Shown here: piece after piece, positions 30,227 through 39,905 of the stretch | How positions within the stretch are numbered: position 1 is the stretch's first letter | How the letters are laid out: each line of letters starts with the position of its first letter | Assembly (NCBI GenBank): GCA_964457085.1 | Contig: CAYWDM010000004.1 | Coordinates: forward strand, 8,131 to 72,130 | DNA length: 64,000 nucleotides | Source: an uncultured Pseudomonadales bacterium | GTDB taxonomy: Bacteria > Patescibacteriota > Microgenomatia > UBA1400 > PJMF01 | Direction: 5' to 3' | Translations under genes and position numbers: made by a program | Notes under the pieces: generated by a model | Database searches by the model: none | What the model was told of the DNA's origin: nothing | What the model saw: only the letters and a program-made list of their open reading frames with translations

Positions 30227-31306
30227 TTAATCAGATTGATCAGCCAGCCAATGTTCAACATCCAAAGCCGCCTGACATCCCATCGCTGCTGCCGTCACAG
30301 CCTGCTTATAGCGAACGTCAACCACATCTCCAGCTGCGAATACCCCTTGGATATTGGTCATGGTTGGAAATGAGACTAACTTCTTTTCATCCAATGCTTT
30401 TTGTGCCGCTTCAATACCCGGTTGAGACAAACTTAATCTGGTGACAATATATCCATGAGCATCAAGTTGTAATTGTCCTCCAAATAGAGCGGTGACGGGA
30501 CTATGACCTACCGCCAGAAACAGACCATCTGCGTCTAATTCTGAAACTTTGGCCACGCCATCATTAGTTGTGGTCACTGTAATCTTCTCCAATCGATCTT
30601 TGCCGACAATGCCGGTTACTTGGCTGTTCCACAACACCTTAATTCGAGGATTCTTTAGCACACGATCCTGCATAATTTTACTTGCTTTAAAGCTTTCACG
30701 GCGATGAATCATAGTCACTTGGTCAGTAAATTTAGCTAGTGCCATAGCATCTTCCATAGCACTATCGCCACCGCCCACCACGTAGACTTTTTTGTTTCTG
30801 AAAAAAGCTGCATCACAAACTGCACAGGTGCTCAGACCTTTGCCCAAAAGCTGCATCTCCTCTGGCAAACCCAGCATTATTGATGATGCACCAGTGGTCA
30901 CTATCACACTCTCAGCTAAAACATCTGGCTCTGATTTTTTAGCAGTCTGCGCGATTACTGCTAATTCCGCTGCGTTTGCTCGTTTGAATTGATCGGGAGT
31001 AACTCCTGCGGGCAACTTAGTCCACAATTTGAATGGCCGAACTGATAAATCGAGTGCGACTACGCTCTCATCTTGAATTAAAGCCCCAAACCGACTTGCC
31101 TGTGCTCTCATCCCAAACATAAATTTAGGACCGATAACACCTTCTGGAAATCCGGGAAAATTCTCCAATTCAGTGGTGTACATTAACTGGCCACCACTTT
31201 CCATACCAGTGATTACAACTGGTGCCAACTCAGCTCTCGCCGCGTAGATGGCTGCAGTGTATCCAGCTGGTCCGGATCCAACAATTACGAGTCGTGTTTT
31301 TTGCAT
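30227..31306 (-). CDS. trxB: thioredoxin-disulfide reductase (with an internal ~40-aa insertion)
   Basis: VIVGSGPAGYTAAIYAARA (FAD), redox-active CAVCDAAFF, GGGDSAMEDA (NADPH), FAAGDVVD. Confidence 0.85.
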   Translation of the reverse strand: MQKTRLVIVGSGPAGYTAAIYAARAELAPVVITGMESGGQLMYTTELENFPGFPEGVIGPKFMFGMRAQASRFGALIQDESVVALDLSVRPFKLWTKLPAGVTPDQFKRANAAELAVIAQTAKKSEPDVLAESVIVTTGASSIMLGLPEEMQLLGKGLSTCAVCDAAFFRNKKVYVVGGGDSAMEDAMALAKFTDQVTMIHRRESFKASKIMQDRVLKNPRIKVLWNSQVTGIVGKDRLEKITVTTTNDGVAKVSELDADGLFLAVGHSPVTALFGGQLQLDAHGYIVTRLSLSQPGIEAAQKALDEKKLVSFPTMTNIQGVFAAGDVVDVRYKQAVTAAAMGCQAALDVEHWLADQSD

Positions 31307-31339
31307 TAAAACCTTCTTCTATTATTTATTTTTTTGCTG

Positions 31340-31699
31340 TTATTTTTTTGGTTCAAGTGCACCAGCGATCATTGAGCGATAGCCCTCTTCACCTGGAAAA
31401 CCAACTTGACGAGCAATTACTTCAACCTCATCATCTCCAGTTTTGCGGACAATAATCACAGTGGGAATACTCATCACCCCAAATTGTTGGGCCGATTCTT
31501 GATTTTCATCAACGTCAACTTTGGCAATCATGATTTTTCCGGTGAATTCATCTGCTAGTTTATCGATGATGGGAGCTGCCATTTGGCAGGGTCCACACCA
31601 CTGTGCAAAAAAATCAATCATGATTGGTTGATCACTCTTCTTCAAGGTACTGGTGAGCGTAGCATCGGTTAAATGGGTGGCTCCTTTATGGTCTGACAT
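31340..31699 (-). CDS. trxA: thioredoxin
   Basis: WCGPCQM active site, 119 aa. Confidence 0.9.
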   Translation of the reverse strand: MSDHKGATHLTDATLTSTLKKSDQPIMIDFFAQWCGPCQMAAPIIDKLADEFTGKIMIAKVDVDENQESAQQFGVMSIPTVIIVRKTGDDEVEVIARQVGFPGEEGYRSMIAGALEPKK

Positions 31700-31738
31700 A
31701 CAATCCTTTCCTGAATTGTGTTTATAACAATTTTTGTA

Positions 31739-32005
31739 CTATGTTTTTAATAATTCTTTTAATAATAAGTCGAGATCTTCAAATCTTCGCTGCTTACTAC
31801 ATCGAGTCGCCTCACTAGTGAGTAAATCTCTGGCAACTCTACCCAGCGAATTACGAGCTGCAATTACTTGACGAAAAATATCAATACACGCTCTTTCATC
31901 ATCATACATCTTAATCAAACCATCCAACTGACCCCTAATTCTTTTCAGCTGAATTATCACTTTATCAGGTTTTTGCACAGAGGCTTCATTCATGAATACT
32001 AGCAT
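31739..32005 (-). CDS. CsoR/RcnR/FrmR-family (DUF156) metal- or thiol-sensing transcriptional repressor
   Basis: LKRIRGQLDGL...CID...Q..A....L antiparallel four-helix signature; two Cys (CIDIF and TRCSK) but no His in the fingerprint position. Confidence 0.7.
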   Translation of the reverse strand: MLVFMNEASVQKPDKVIIQLKRIRGQLDGLIKMYDDERACIDIFRQVIAARNSLGRVARDLLTSEATRCSKQRRFEDLDLLLKELLKT

Positions 32006-32058
32006 ACCCCCTGGGGGTATGTCGTGTCAAGCTATAAAAACACAAAAATAGAACACCA

Positions 32059-33876
32059 TCAAATTTTAGATTTGGTCTGCAACAGCACTATTTTCTGCAG
32101 TAACTGAGTCATCTCCAATTCCTCTTCGTCTGTTTTTTGGGCCTTTGAATCCAACTGTTTGATTCTTTGATTCAACACACCCAATTCTCCCTGTGTGACC
32201 ACTTTTTTCAATTCTCCAAACAGTAGCTGCCATTGATTCTCGTTCATTACATCCATCTGACTATTTGGATCAAGTATCCAGTCAAAGACCAATGAAACTA
32301 AATCACTTGGCCAAGATTTGGTGATGATTTTTAAATCCAAATCTGATGACACAGTTGCCAACCGCTTTAGAATTTCTTGTGCCCCAACTGTTTCCAAAAC
32401 GACGGATCGCAGTTGTACCACTCTATTTTGACGAAATTCACTATTTGCCAGACATGCAGCCACCAACGCACGTTCCAACTGAGAACGATGTGATTCTCGG
32501 TTTACATCTGTCTTCTGAGGTTGGGTGTTTTGGGTAGTTCCGGATGGAATTGCGGGAGCGGCATTTTTTTGTTTATTGCCGGATCCATATCTAAATTTCT
32601 CGATGTCTTTTTTGACCAAATCTAATCGTACGTTTAATGCACTTGATAATTTTTGCAGATAAAAATCTTGTTCGACTGCGTGTGCGATTCCACCAAAAAC
32701 AGGTGACAAAAAATCAATAATTTGACGCTTACCCTCTGGCGTTGTTGGATCATATTTACGTAACGCCGCTTGCAACAAAAATTCATATACTGAAACAGTT
32801 TTTGATGACAGCTCACGCCATAGTTTTGGAGTTTCTCGAGCAATCTCATCCGGATCTTTTTGACCAGTCCGTTCTTTAGCTGCAAAATCAATGACTCGAA
32901 GTTCTAAGTTATGTTTAGCGACAACTCCGATTGCTTTCAAAGTAGCATTAATACCTGCCTCATCGGCATCCAAAGCTAAAACAACCTGTTCTGCATATCG
33001 CTCTAACAGTTTTGCCTGTTGCTCGGTTAAAGCCGAACCTTTAATTGCGACTACAGCGTTCACATGAGCCTGAGCAGATGATATGACATCAAACTCACCT
33101 TCAACAACCAAAACCCGCTTCTCTTGTTTGATCGCCTGGAATAGCTCGCTCAAACCAAAAAGCATTTCTGATTTGTGATACAGCATTGTCTCTGGGGAAT
33201 TAATATATTTTGCTTCTTTTTCATCTGGACTCAGAGTACGTCCAGAAAATCCTAGTACCTGCCCACGATGGTTTTTGAGTGGAAACATGACTCGATCTCT
33301 AAAACGATCGTAATATCTGCCACCCTTACCTTGAATTGCTAAACCCGCTTTTTCAATATCCACCAAAGAGTATTTTTTCTTGCCATGCAGATATTTCACT
33401 AATCCATCCCAGCCAGGCATCGCATAACCCACTTGAAAAATCTTGACTGATTGCCCAGAAACATGTCTTTGTTTGAGGTATGCTCGAGCCTTTTCTCCTG
33501 CACTGTGCTCAGTCAATAAATAGTGAAAGTATTCCTTAGATAAATTTAAAATCTCCAGTAATCGATCTCTTTCATCATCTGCACTGCTGCGTTGAAAATC
33601 TTGGAGTGTTATCCCAACTCGCTCTGCAAGATACTTGAGTGCTTCAGCAAAGGTCATCCGGTCATACTCTTCCAAAAAACCGATCACATCGCCACTAGCA
33701 CCGCAACCAAAGCAACGATATCGCTGTAGTTGTTCACTCACAAAAAACGAGGGACTTTTTTCACTATGAAACGGGCAATTTGCCCTAAAGTTAACACCAG
33801 ACCGAGTGAGTGGCACTCGTTCTGTAATAATCTCGATGATATTGGTGGCCTCTTTGACCTGTTGAATCTGAGACAT
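32059..33876 (-). CDS. dnaG: DNA primase
   Basis: CPFHSEKSPSF zinc ribbon, TOPRIM region (VVEGEFD, LALDADEAG), C-terminal helicase-interaction domain. Confidence 0.9.
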   Translation of the reverse strand: MSQIQQVKEATNIIEIITERVPLTRSGVNFRANCPFHSEKSPSFFVSEQLQRYRCFGCGASGDVIGFLEEYDRMTFAEALKYLAERVGITLQDFQRSSADDERDRLLEILNLSKEYFHYLLTEHSAGEKARAYLKQRHVSGQSVKIFQVGYAMPGWDGLVKYLHGKKKYSLVDIEKAGLAIQGKGGRYYDRFRDRVMFPLKNHRGQVLGFSGRTLSPDEKEAKYINSPETMLYHKSEMLFGLSELFQAIKQEKRVLVVEGEFDVISSAQAHVNAVVAIKGSALTEQQAKLLERYAEQVVLALDADEAGINATLKAIGVVAKHNLELRVIDFAAKERTGQKDPDEIARETPKLWRELSSKTVSVYEFLLQAALRKYDPTTPEGKRQIIDFLSPVFGGIAHAVEQDFYLQKLSSALNVRLDLVKKDIEKFRYGSGNKQKNAAPAIPSGTTQNTQPQKTDVNRESHRSQLERALVAACLANSEFRQNRVVQLRSVVLETVGAQEILKRLATVSSDLDLKIITKSWPSDLVSLVFDWILDPNSQMDVMNENQWQLLFGELKKVVTQGELGVLNQRIKQLDSKAQKTDEEELEMTQLLQKIVLLQTKSKI

Positions 33877-34030
33877 GAAAGCTTAAAAATAACTTGTTGC
33901 TACATGAGGCAGAAAAATGGTTCTATAAGTTGTGCCCACTTTGCGACAAGACTGATTCTCATCTTGTTTCTACCATACACTAACGTTTAAAAAATGCAAA
34001 CATTCCCCAAAGTTTTGAGTTGTAGTTCGC

Positions 34031-35128
34031 CTAGAAAGTCTTTGAAACAATACGGACATTGTTCCCAGAGTTCGTTTCTGGAATTGCCTTGTCGCTGTTG
34101 ACCTCGATTTTGAATTCAGTTGTGCCTGCTGCCAAAGTCATTTGATAGCCATCGGCAGTCACTTTACTTTCGCCAACACCCACCCAAGTCTTTGAGACGC
34201 TCTTTTTTACCTCAGTACCACCAATGTACCATTTCACTTCGTAATCCACCTGTTTATCTTGACCCAAATTTTTAATTACAGGTTTTACGACCACTTTCTG
34301 TCCAGCAAGGGGTAAAGCAATTTTTTCACCGGTTTCTTGACTATAAAACTCGATGTCCGCTGCTTCTAGATCTGAACGAGTTCCTAAAACCGTTGTATTT
34401 TTTGTTTTTGAATTATCAGCACTGTTTGACTCGCCCAAGACATTGTCTGGGTCAGCAAAATAACCAACTGCAAAATCTCCCTCCTTGAGTACCACACCAC
34501 TATAAACCAGACTATTTACATCGTCATATACAGCTTCGGCAGCTGCTTTGAGCGAACCGCGTTCATTCTTTCCAGCCAAACTACCTTGAATTTTCCAGTA
34601 ACTCACAAAGTTTTTTGCATCGGCAGTGCCGGTATTTTTTAACCGAGCTCGAAGTGAGATATGTTGACCAGCGTATGCGGTTGAGTCAATTTTAGATCCA
34701 TTTTGAGGATCTTCAAAGAAAATCTCTTCTACATTCAGGTTTGACAGCCCAGTCGCTTTAGGTGTGGGAGAAATAGCTGCGGTAGGAGTAGGTCCAAAAG
34801 TTGGACTAGGCACTCTGGTTGGTGAAGGAAATGGAGTGCTGGTAGCCACGGGCTTTGTGGTCGGTTCTTTTAGTAAGGTGCGAGTAGGTTCAGCAACTGC
34901 TATTTTCGGGTCTGTTTTTGGTGAATCTGAAGCATCGCGAGTCATCAAAAATAATCCCAGAGGTATTGCAAGCATCACCACAACAACACCTATCATCATC
35001 CATGGCGGAGTTTGAGTTGATTTCGGTCGTGACATAATAACTGCTTTTTCCAATAGCTCATCACCTGAAATGTCAGGAAGTTGACGTGGTAATTGTGTAG
35101 GTAACTGATTTGGGAATTGGTCTGACAT
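34031..35128 (-). CDS. surface/secreted protein with Pro-rich linker and CARDB-like beta-sandwich repeats
   Basis: TM anchor, PT-rich spacer (PFPSPTRVPSPTFGPTPT), two repeats resembling CARDB (ARLKNTGTADAKNF.. / IKNLGQDKQVDYEV..). Confidence 0.4.
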   Translation of the reverse strand: MSDQFPNQLPTQLPRQLPDISGDELLEKAVIMSRPKSTQTPPWMMIGVVVVMLAIPLGLFLMTRDASDSPKTDPKIAVAEPTRTLLKEPTTKPVATSTPFPSPTRVPSPTFGPTPTAAISPTPKATGLSNLNVEEIFFEDPQNGSKIDSTAYAGQHISLRARLKNTGTADAKNFVSYWKIQGSLAGKNERGSLKAAAEAVYDDVNSLVYSGVVLKEGDFAVGYFADPDNVLGESNSADNSKTKNTTVLGTRSDLEAADIEFYSQETGEKIALPLAGQKVVVKPVIKNLGQDKQVDYEVKWYIGGTEVKKSVSKTWVGVGESKVTADGYQMTLAAGTTEFKIEVNSDKAIPETNSGNNVRIVSKTF

Positions 35129-35180
35129 ACTATACCAATAGTATCACACCAAATCGATTGATCACATCTGGATATGTCAG

Positions 35181-35507
35181 TTATTGTTCTAAACTAATTG
35201 GTTGACTCAAATCCAACTCAAGTGTCTCTAAATCTGACTGCATTACCAACATTTCTTTATTCAGGTTGTTCTCTGAAATACGAGTAGGCACATAATACCC
35301 ACCTCCCAGTACTAGAAAAAATAAGATAACTGAAAAGATCGCTGTTCTAATCGGAGTTCCAAAAAACCATGTCAAATCTCGTAAAAAAATCTCTAAAATA
35401 TTCGGTCGTGCTGCCTCAGCCACTGATTCCCAAACCCGACGCTTGGCTACAGCCATGTGTGGAGGCTCTATCTGACTGATAATCCAATTTTGCAAAATCA
35501 TATTCAT
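35181..35507 (-). CDS. putative anti-sigma factor (single-pass membrane protein)
   Basis: Immediately downstream of the ECF sigma gene on the same strand; one TM helix (AIFSVILFFLVLGGGYY). Assigned from position only. Confidence 0.3.
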   Translation of the reverse strand: MNMILQNWIISQIEPPHMAVAKRRVWESVAEAARPNILEIFLRDLTWFFGTPIRTAIFSVILFFLVLGGGYYVPTRISENNLNKEMLVMQSDLETLELDLSQPISLEQ

Positions 35508-35543
35508 GTATATAGTAGCAACCTAGTTACAAGTAACACTAAA

Positions 35544-36101
35544 TTATTTTTTAAAATATTTTGAGAGTACTTTGAGTGATCGATGACAGATTACTTTTAC
35601 ATTGCTAATGGTAATTCGAAGTTTTTTTGCGACCTCAACTTGAGAGTACCCATGCAGATAGTGCAAAGCAACCACCTGTCTGTCACGATCGGAAAGTACT
35701 TGAAGCATTTTCCCAATGCTCTGACGTTTCAGTTCCTGATTATCCTCTGACAACCATTCATCGCTATCGCCTATACCTTGGATAAACTCATCATAAGCAA
35801 CCACCGGTAGTCGATATTTAACCCTCAGCCAAGCAATGATTCTTCGTTTGGCAAGTACATACAGCCAATTCCGGAAACTTGATTTACCCGTAAAGGTATG
35901 TAGGGATCCCATCATGGCCACTAGTATGTCTTGAGTCAGATCCTCAGCATCTAGTGAGCGGTTGGTTTGCCAATAACAAAAACGATAGATGGGTTCGAAA
36001 TACTTTTCGTACAAGACTGCGAGTGCTTGTTGATTACCTTTTTTAACTAACTCAACCAACTCAATGTCGTTGTCAATTTGTTGAGATTCTATTTTCTTCA
36101 T
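35544..36101 (-). CDS. ECF-subfamily RNA polymerase sigma-70 factor
   Basis: Region 2 (YEKYFEPIYRFCYW...DLTQDILVAMM) and region 4 HTH (LSDRDRQVVALHYLHGYSQVEVAKKL). Confidence 0.8.
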   Translation of the reverse strand: MKKIESQQIDNDIELVELVKKGNQQALAVLYEKYFEPIYRFCYWQTNRSLDAEDLTQDILVAMMGSLHTFTGKSSFRNWLYVLAKRRIIAWLRVKYRLPVVAYDEFIQGIGDSDEWLSEDNQELKRQSIGKMLQVLSDRDRQVVALHYLHGYSQVEVAKKLRITISNVKVICHRSLKVLSKYFKK

Positions 36102-36109
36102 TAAGTGTG

Positions 36110-37648
36110 TTAAGGCGACCGTAATTCTTGCTGTATTTGACTATAAAGATACTCTGCAATTAGTCGATGGCCGAAACTAGTGGGATGAACAAAATCCCAC
36201 CATAAGATGCCCTGATCATACTGGGTGGCAAGATGACTGTGCATGTCAATTACTTTTAAATTGTGTTTTTTAGCAATTTCCTTCATCACTTGGTGGTTCT
36301 CGACGACGCTGCGATACTCAATCGAGTTTGCTTCAAGAACCAGTATGACTTCTACTCCATCTTTTTCGGTTATGGTCAGCAATCTTTCTAGTTGGACTGC
36401 TAATCCAGCCGAACTAAAATCGTTTGTTGAGTAATTTACTAAGAGCAATTTTGGCTTAAACAGTCGCCACTCAGACTCATACAAACTCACCAACTCAACC
36501 GAGTCAATTCCTGATACTGCAGCAGGAATAAATTCAAATTTTCGAAATCTGTTGCCTAACTTCTTGTTTGCAATTAGTTCAAGTTGCGTCACGAAGGCAT
36601 CCTCGGGATGCAGTACTCCAGCACCCCAAGCTTGTGAGGATCCCAGACACATCACTCTAAATATGTTTGCTTTTGGTTTTAAAGTATATTTGCCGCGAAG
36701 TTGGTCAACAATTTTCATACTCTCACTCTCAACAAAAACTTGTTCCTTTTTTCCCCAGTTTGAAAACCAGCTATACACATCCGGATATCTGGGTGTTAAG
36801 TAGTGATCAACAACCGCAACTGAAAGTCCACATATAAAAATCATAAAAAACAGCAAGAACATTTTCTTTGCGATTTGCTGCGGATCTAACTGTAAAAATC
36901 CTGTCCCAAAGCTCAACACCAACAATGTAATTGCTACAGTAATCAGCACAGTCTTCGTGAACAATTGTTTCCAAGTTTTTTGATTGTCAAATGTCTCAAG
37001 GAGAATTGTTTCTCCACTCCAATCTTTAGCTCGAATCTCATCAATTTTTACGGGCAACCAGCCATTTCTAAATCCAATTATTCTTGGTTCAGATTGCACC
37101 TCAATATCGAGGTGATAGAGATACACCTCATTCAATTGCACCAATAGCTCATTACGATCTGAAGAAAGTGCCAATGTCAGATGATTGTTTTTTTGCTTGA
37201 GCACTGTAACAGGCACTGTTTGCTGGCTTATGAACTCACCCTCCGGCGAAATCCGCACCAGTGAGCTCCTTAAATGAGAGCTGTTACTTAACCGCAGAGC
37301 ATCACAATAGTGATCTTGGCAACTGAACAAAAAATAAATATATCCGCCCTGGTCAATATCAAATGTGATCTGCAGTGAGTTGTAGTCGATTGGAATCGTA
37401 TATCTAACCTGCTGGAAACCATGCCAAGCACCAAGATTGAGTTTTCCACCAGCGAGTGCTTGACGCTGCACATAAAAGTCTTGGCTTCCCATGACACTCA
37501 AGCCCAGATTCTGCTTTGATACTTCCCAGACACCATTTTGAGTCGAAAGAGTATTGTGTCGATCTAACCAAAACCAAACACCAGCTGCCACCACAAGCAC
37601 CTGCATTGCAGTCACAACCAACCACCACATACATAATCGCCACTTCAT
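36110..37648 (-). CDS. membrane protein with C-terminal SGNH/GDSL hydrolase domain
   Basis: Three TM segments; block I VMCLGSSQAWGAG (GDS(L)-type Ser), later D..HP block. Confidence 0.5.
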   Translation of the reverse strand: MKWRLCMWWLVVTAMQVLVVAAGVWFWLDRHNTLSTQNGVWEVSKQNLGLSVMGSQDFYVQRQALAGGKLNLGAWHGFQQVRYTIPIDYNSLQITFDIDQGGYIYFLFSCQDHYCDALRLSNSSHLRSSLVRISPEGEFISQQTVPVTVLKQKNNHLTLALSSDRNELLVQLNEVYLYHLDIEVQSEPRIIGFRNGWLPVKIDEIRAKDWSGETILLETFDNQKTWKQLFTKTVLITVAITLLVLSFGTGFLQLDPQQIAKKMFLLFFMIFICGLSVAVVDHYLTPRYPDVYSWFSNWGKKEQVFVESESMKIVDQLRGKYTLKPKANIFRVMCLGSSQAWGAGVLHPEDAFVTQLELIANKKLGNRFRKFEFIPAAVSGIDSVELVSLYESEWRLFKPKLLLVNYSTNDFSSAGLAVQLERLLTITEKDGVEVILVLEANSIEYRSVVENHQVMKEIAKKHNLKVIDMHSHLATQYDQGILWWDFVHPTSFGHRLIAEYLYSQIQQELRSP

Positions 37649-37698
37649 TACTCTGAAACTACACTAACTCTACCCGACTGCACAAGCATCGAACTGTA

Positions 37699-39522
37699 TC
37701 ATCTGACCGTAACTGATTTTGCAAGATTACGTGGTTTGTCTGAGTCAATACCTTTTAGTATTGAAACTTCATACGCTAATAACTGTCCAAACACTGCAGA
37801 TAGAATTACATTTCCTACGCCAAAATCTGGATGATTAAAGTATTGGCTCGGCCATGTATTTGTATCTGTTACTAGGCCAACACTATTGCCTTGGCGTGCG
37901 GATATTTCCATCGCATTTGTTAAATCAAGTGCAAAAGTCTGTTGATTTGTAGCCAAACACAAACACTCTGTTCCATTTTCTACTAATGCCAAAACACCAT
38001 GTTTCAACTCTCCAGCAGAAAAACCCTCCGCATGTACATATGCTGCCTCTTTTAGCTTCAATGCTGTTTCCAGTGCAATTGGATACAGAGTCTCTCTACC
38101 CAATACAAAAAAATGATCCTTTTTTGAAATACGTAGACACCAGGCTTTGAATTCCACAGACTTCGGTAACTCAACTACTAGTTTTTGAATATATTTTGCC
38201 GTCGCCGTTAGGTGACCGTTTGTAGCAGCGGCACTTTTTTTATTTGCCATTTTGCCTGCTAGTAGTTGCAGACAACACAGTTGTGCCACAAAACTCTTGC
38301 TAGCGACTACAGCTTGTTCAACTCCTGCCATGATTGAAACTGAGATTTTAGCAAACTCCGACAAACTAGAGTTAGGTTTATTTACCAAACAATAATAACT
38401 AATACCGTTGTTTTTAAGCCACTCTGTATGTATCAAAATATCTGCTGTTTCACCACTTTGAGAAATAAAAATCACACTCCCCTCAGCTGGTATGTGATTT
38501 CTCCATGTCAAAAACTCGTTAGCTGAAAAAGCATATGTTTGACGACCGTTAGCAGTCATAACTTGAGCACCATACAACGCAGCATGGTATGCAGAGCCAC
38601 AACCAACGAGATAAACAACAGGGCCAAGTGATCTTGCAAGTTTCTCCAGATTGTTTTTTGTATTGGAACCATACGCGTGTATTAAAGCAAGCAATACAGC
38701 CGACGAATCAGCAATTTCTTTTTGAAAAAAATGTGAATATGTGCCAATATCCGTATCTGTTTTCACTAAACTCAGTGTGTGCCATTCAAGATCAATAGGT
38801 GTTAAATCAGTGACGTTATATGTCAGCTGGGTTTTTTTTGTAAAAAATAGCAGCGTATTCTCAGGAATAGTCGCATATTTTTTAACTTTACCAATTAATG
38901 CCATCAGATCACTGACTACAAATTTTTGTTGTGCTGACTGTGCAAAAAGTAACGGTGAACCGTGACGAACAGCTAGGCAACTTTTGGACTCTGCATCAAT
39001 GATTACCACCGCGTTGCTGCCAGATAATTTCAGAAAAACGGTCTGGAGTGTTTCAATCAAAAGTTGATCAGTGTTGACTGGTAATCTCAGCTTAGATTGA
39101 TTGACTACATTTTTCCTAAACTCCAACTCAAATAATCCTAAAATAACTTCTGTATCTGTCTGTGACTTAAACAGATATTTTTTATCAAGAAGTTGCTTTT
39201 TAAGCTCAAGAAAATTCTCGACTACACCGTTGTGAACTAAGGCAAATCTGCCATCACTTGATATATGAGGATGAGCATTTTCGGCAGTTACACCGCCATG
39301 TGTTGCCCAACGAGTGTGTCCCAACGCAATTGAGCTGGTGGTGTTCTTGTCGAGTTTTGCAGCACCAATTTTACCAACCTGTTTTTTAACCTGACATTTT
39401 TCCTCGCTAGCCCAAGCCACACCCCAACTGTCGTATCCCCGGTATTCCATTTCTTTGAGTGCTGTTAATGCTTGAGTTGGAGCATTAATATTTTCTTCGA
39501 TTAATCCGATGACACCGCACAT
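37699..39522 (-). CDS. glmS: glutamine--fructose-6-phosphate aminotransferase (isomerising)
   Basis: MCGVIG N-terminal nucleophile Cys, GATase-2 domain, two SIS domains, C-terminal ...VTVR. Confidence 0.9.
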   Translation of the reverse strand: MCGVIGLIEENINAPTQALTALKEMEYRGYDSWGVAWASEEKCQVKKQVGKIGAAKLDKNTTSSIALGHTRWATHGGVTAENAHPHISSDGRFALVHNGVVENFLELKKQLLDKKYLFKSQTDTEVILGLFELEFRKNVVNQSKLRLPVNTDQLLIETLQTVFLKLSGSNAVVIIDAESKSCLAVRHGSPLLFAQSAQQKFVVSDLMALIGKVKKYATIPENTLLFFTKKTQLTYNVTDLTPIDLEWHTLSLVKTDTDIGTYSHFFQKEIADSSAVLLALIHAYGSNTKNNLEKLARSLGPVVYLVGCGSAYHAALYGAQVMTANGRQTYAFSANEFLTWRNHIPAEGSVIFISQSGETADILIHTEWLKNNGISYYCLVNKPNSSLSEFAKISVSIMAGVEQAVVASKSFVAQLCCLQLLAGKMANKKSAAATNGHLTATAKYIQKLVVELPKSVEFKAWCLRISKKDHFFVLGRETLYPIALETALKLKEAAYVHAEGFSAGELKHGVLALVENGTECLCLATNQQTFALDLTNAMEISARQGNSVGLVTDTNTWPSQYFNHPDFGVGNVILSAVFGQLLAYEVSILKGIDSDKPRNLAKSVTVR

Positions 39523-39589
39523 ACTGATCCTTTCAGATACTACAATCTACCCCCTCAAAGGTAGGAGGTAAAAAAATAAATAAGAAAAG

Positions 39590-39782
39590 ATGAAAATGCT
39601 GCGAGTCAAATAATAATTGCTTTAGACTCAACCTCACGGTTGGATTTAACAATTACTTCACGATGTTGATCACACCGACAGGTTTCCGCAGATACTCTTT
39701 GCTTGGCAAAGGTCCGATTTCCTAATGTCTTCATTAGGACCTGTTCCTCGTTTTCCAGTTTTCACTGGATCACACGCTCTAA
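39590..39782 (-). ncRNA. candidate glmS ribozyme/riboswitch in the glmS 5' leader
   Basis: Minus-strand leader reads AGAGCG..CCAGUGAAAACUGG-AAAACGAGGA-ACAGGUCC-UAAUGAAGACAUUAGG-AAAUCGGACCU.... The consensus glmS ribozyme is A^GCGCCAGAACUGGC...GACGAGGA-UGGAGG-UUAUCGAAUUUUCGG-CGGAUGCCUCC. The GACGAGG-type core, a P1-like CCAG..CUGG hairpin and a P2/P2.1-like arrangement are all present but divergent. Placement is by eye only, with no covariance search. Confidence 0.3.
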
Positions 39783-39877
39783 CTGTTATTTCGCAGTAAG
39801 CACATCTCTGTGAGAGATTGTACTGTAATTGTTATCGCCAAACAAATGGTCCTTAAAATCACTTGAATTTCCTTATG

Positions 39878-39902
39878 TTTCTACTACAATATGTAGTAGA
39901 AA
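39878..39902 (+). promoter_or_regulatory. BlaI/MecI/CopY-type operator (TACA/TGTA dyad) overlapping the start of the repressor gene
   Basis: Perfect inverted repeat TTTCTACTACA-ATA-TGTAGTAGAAA ending 3 nt before the ATG at 39906. It matches the known TACTACA-N-TGTAGTA / TACAnnTGTA operator class of this repressor family. Confidence 0.55.
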
Positions 39903-39905
39903 CTT

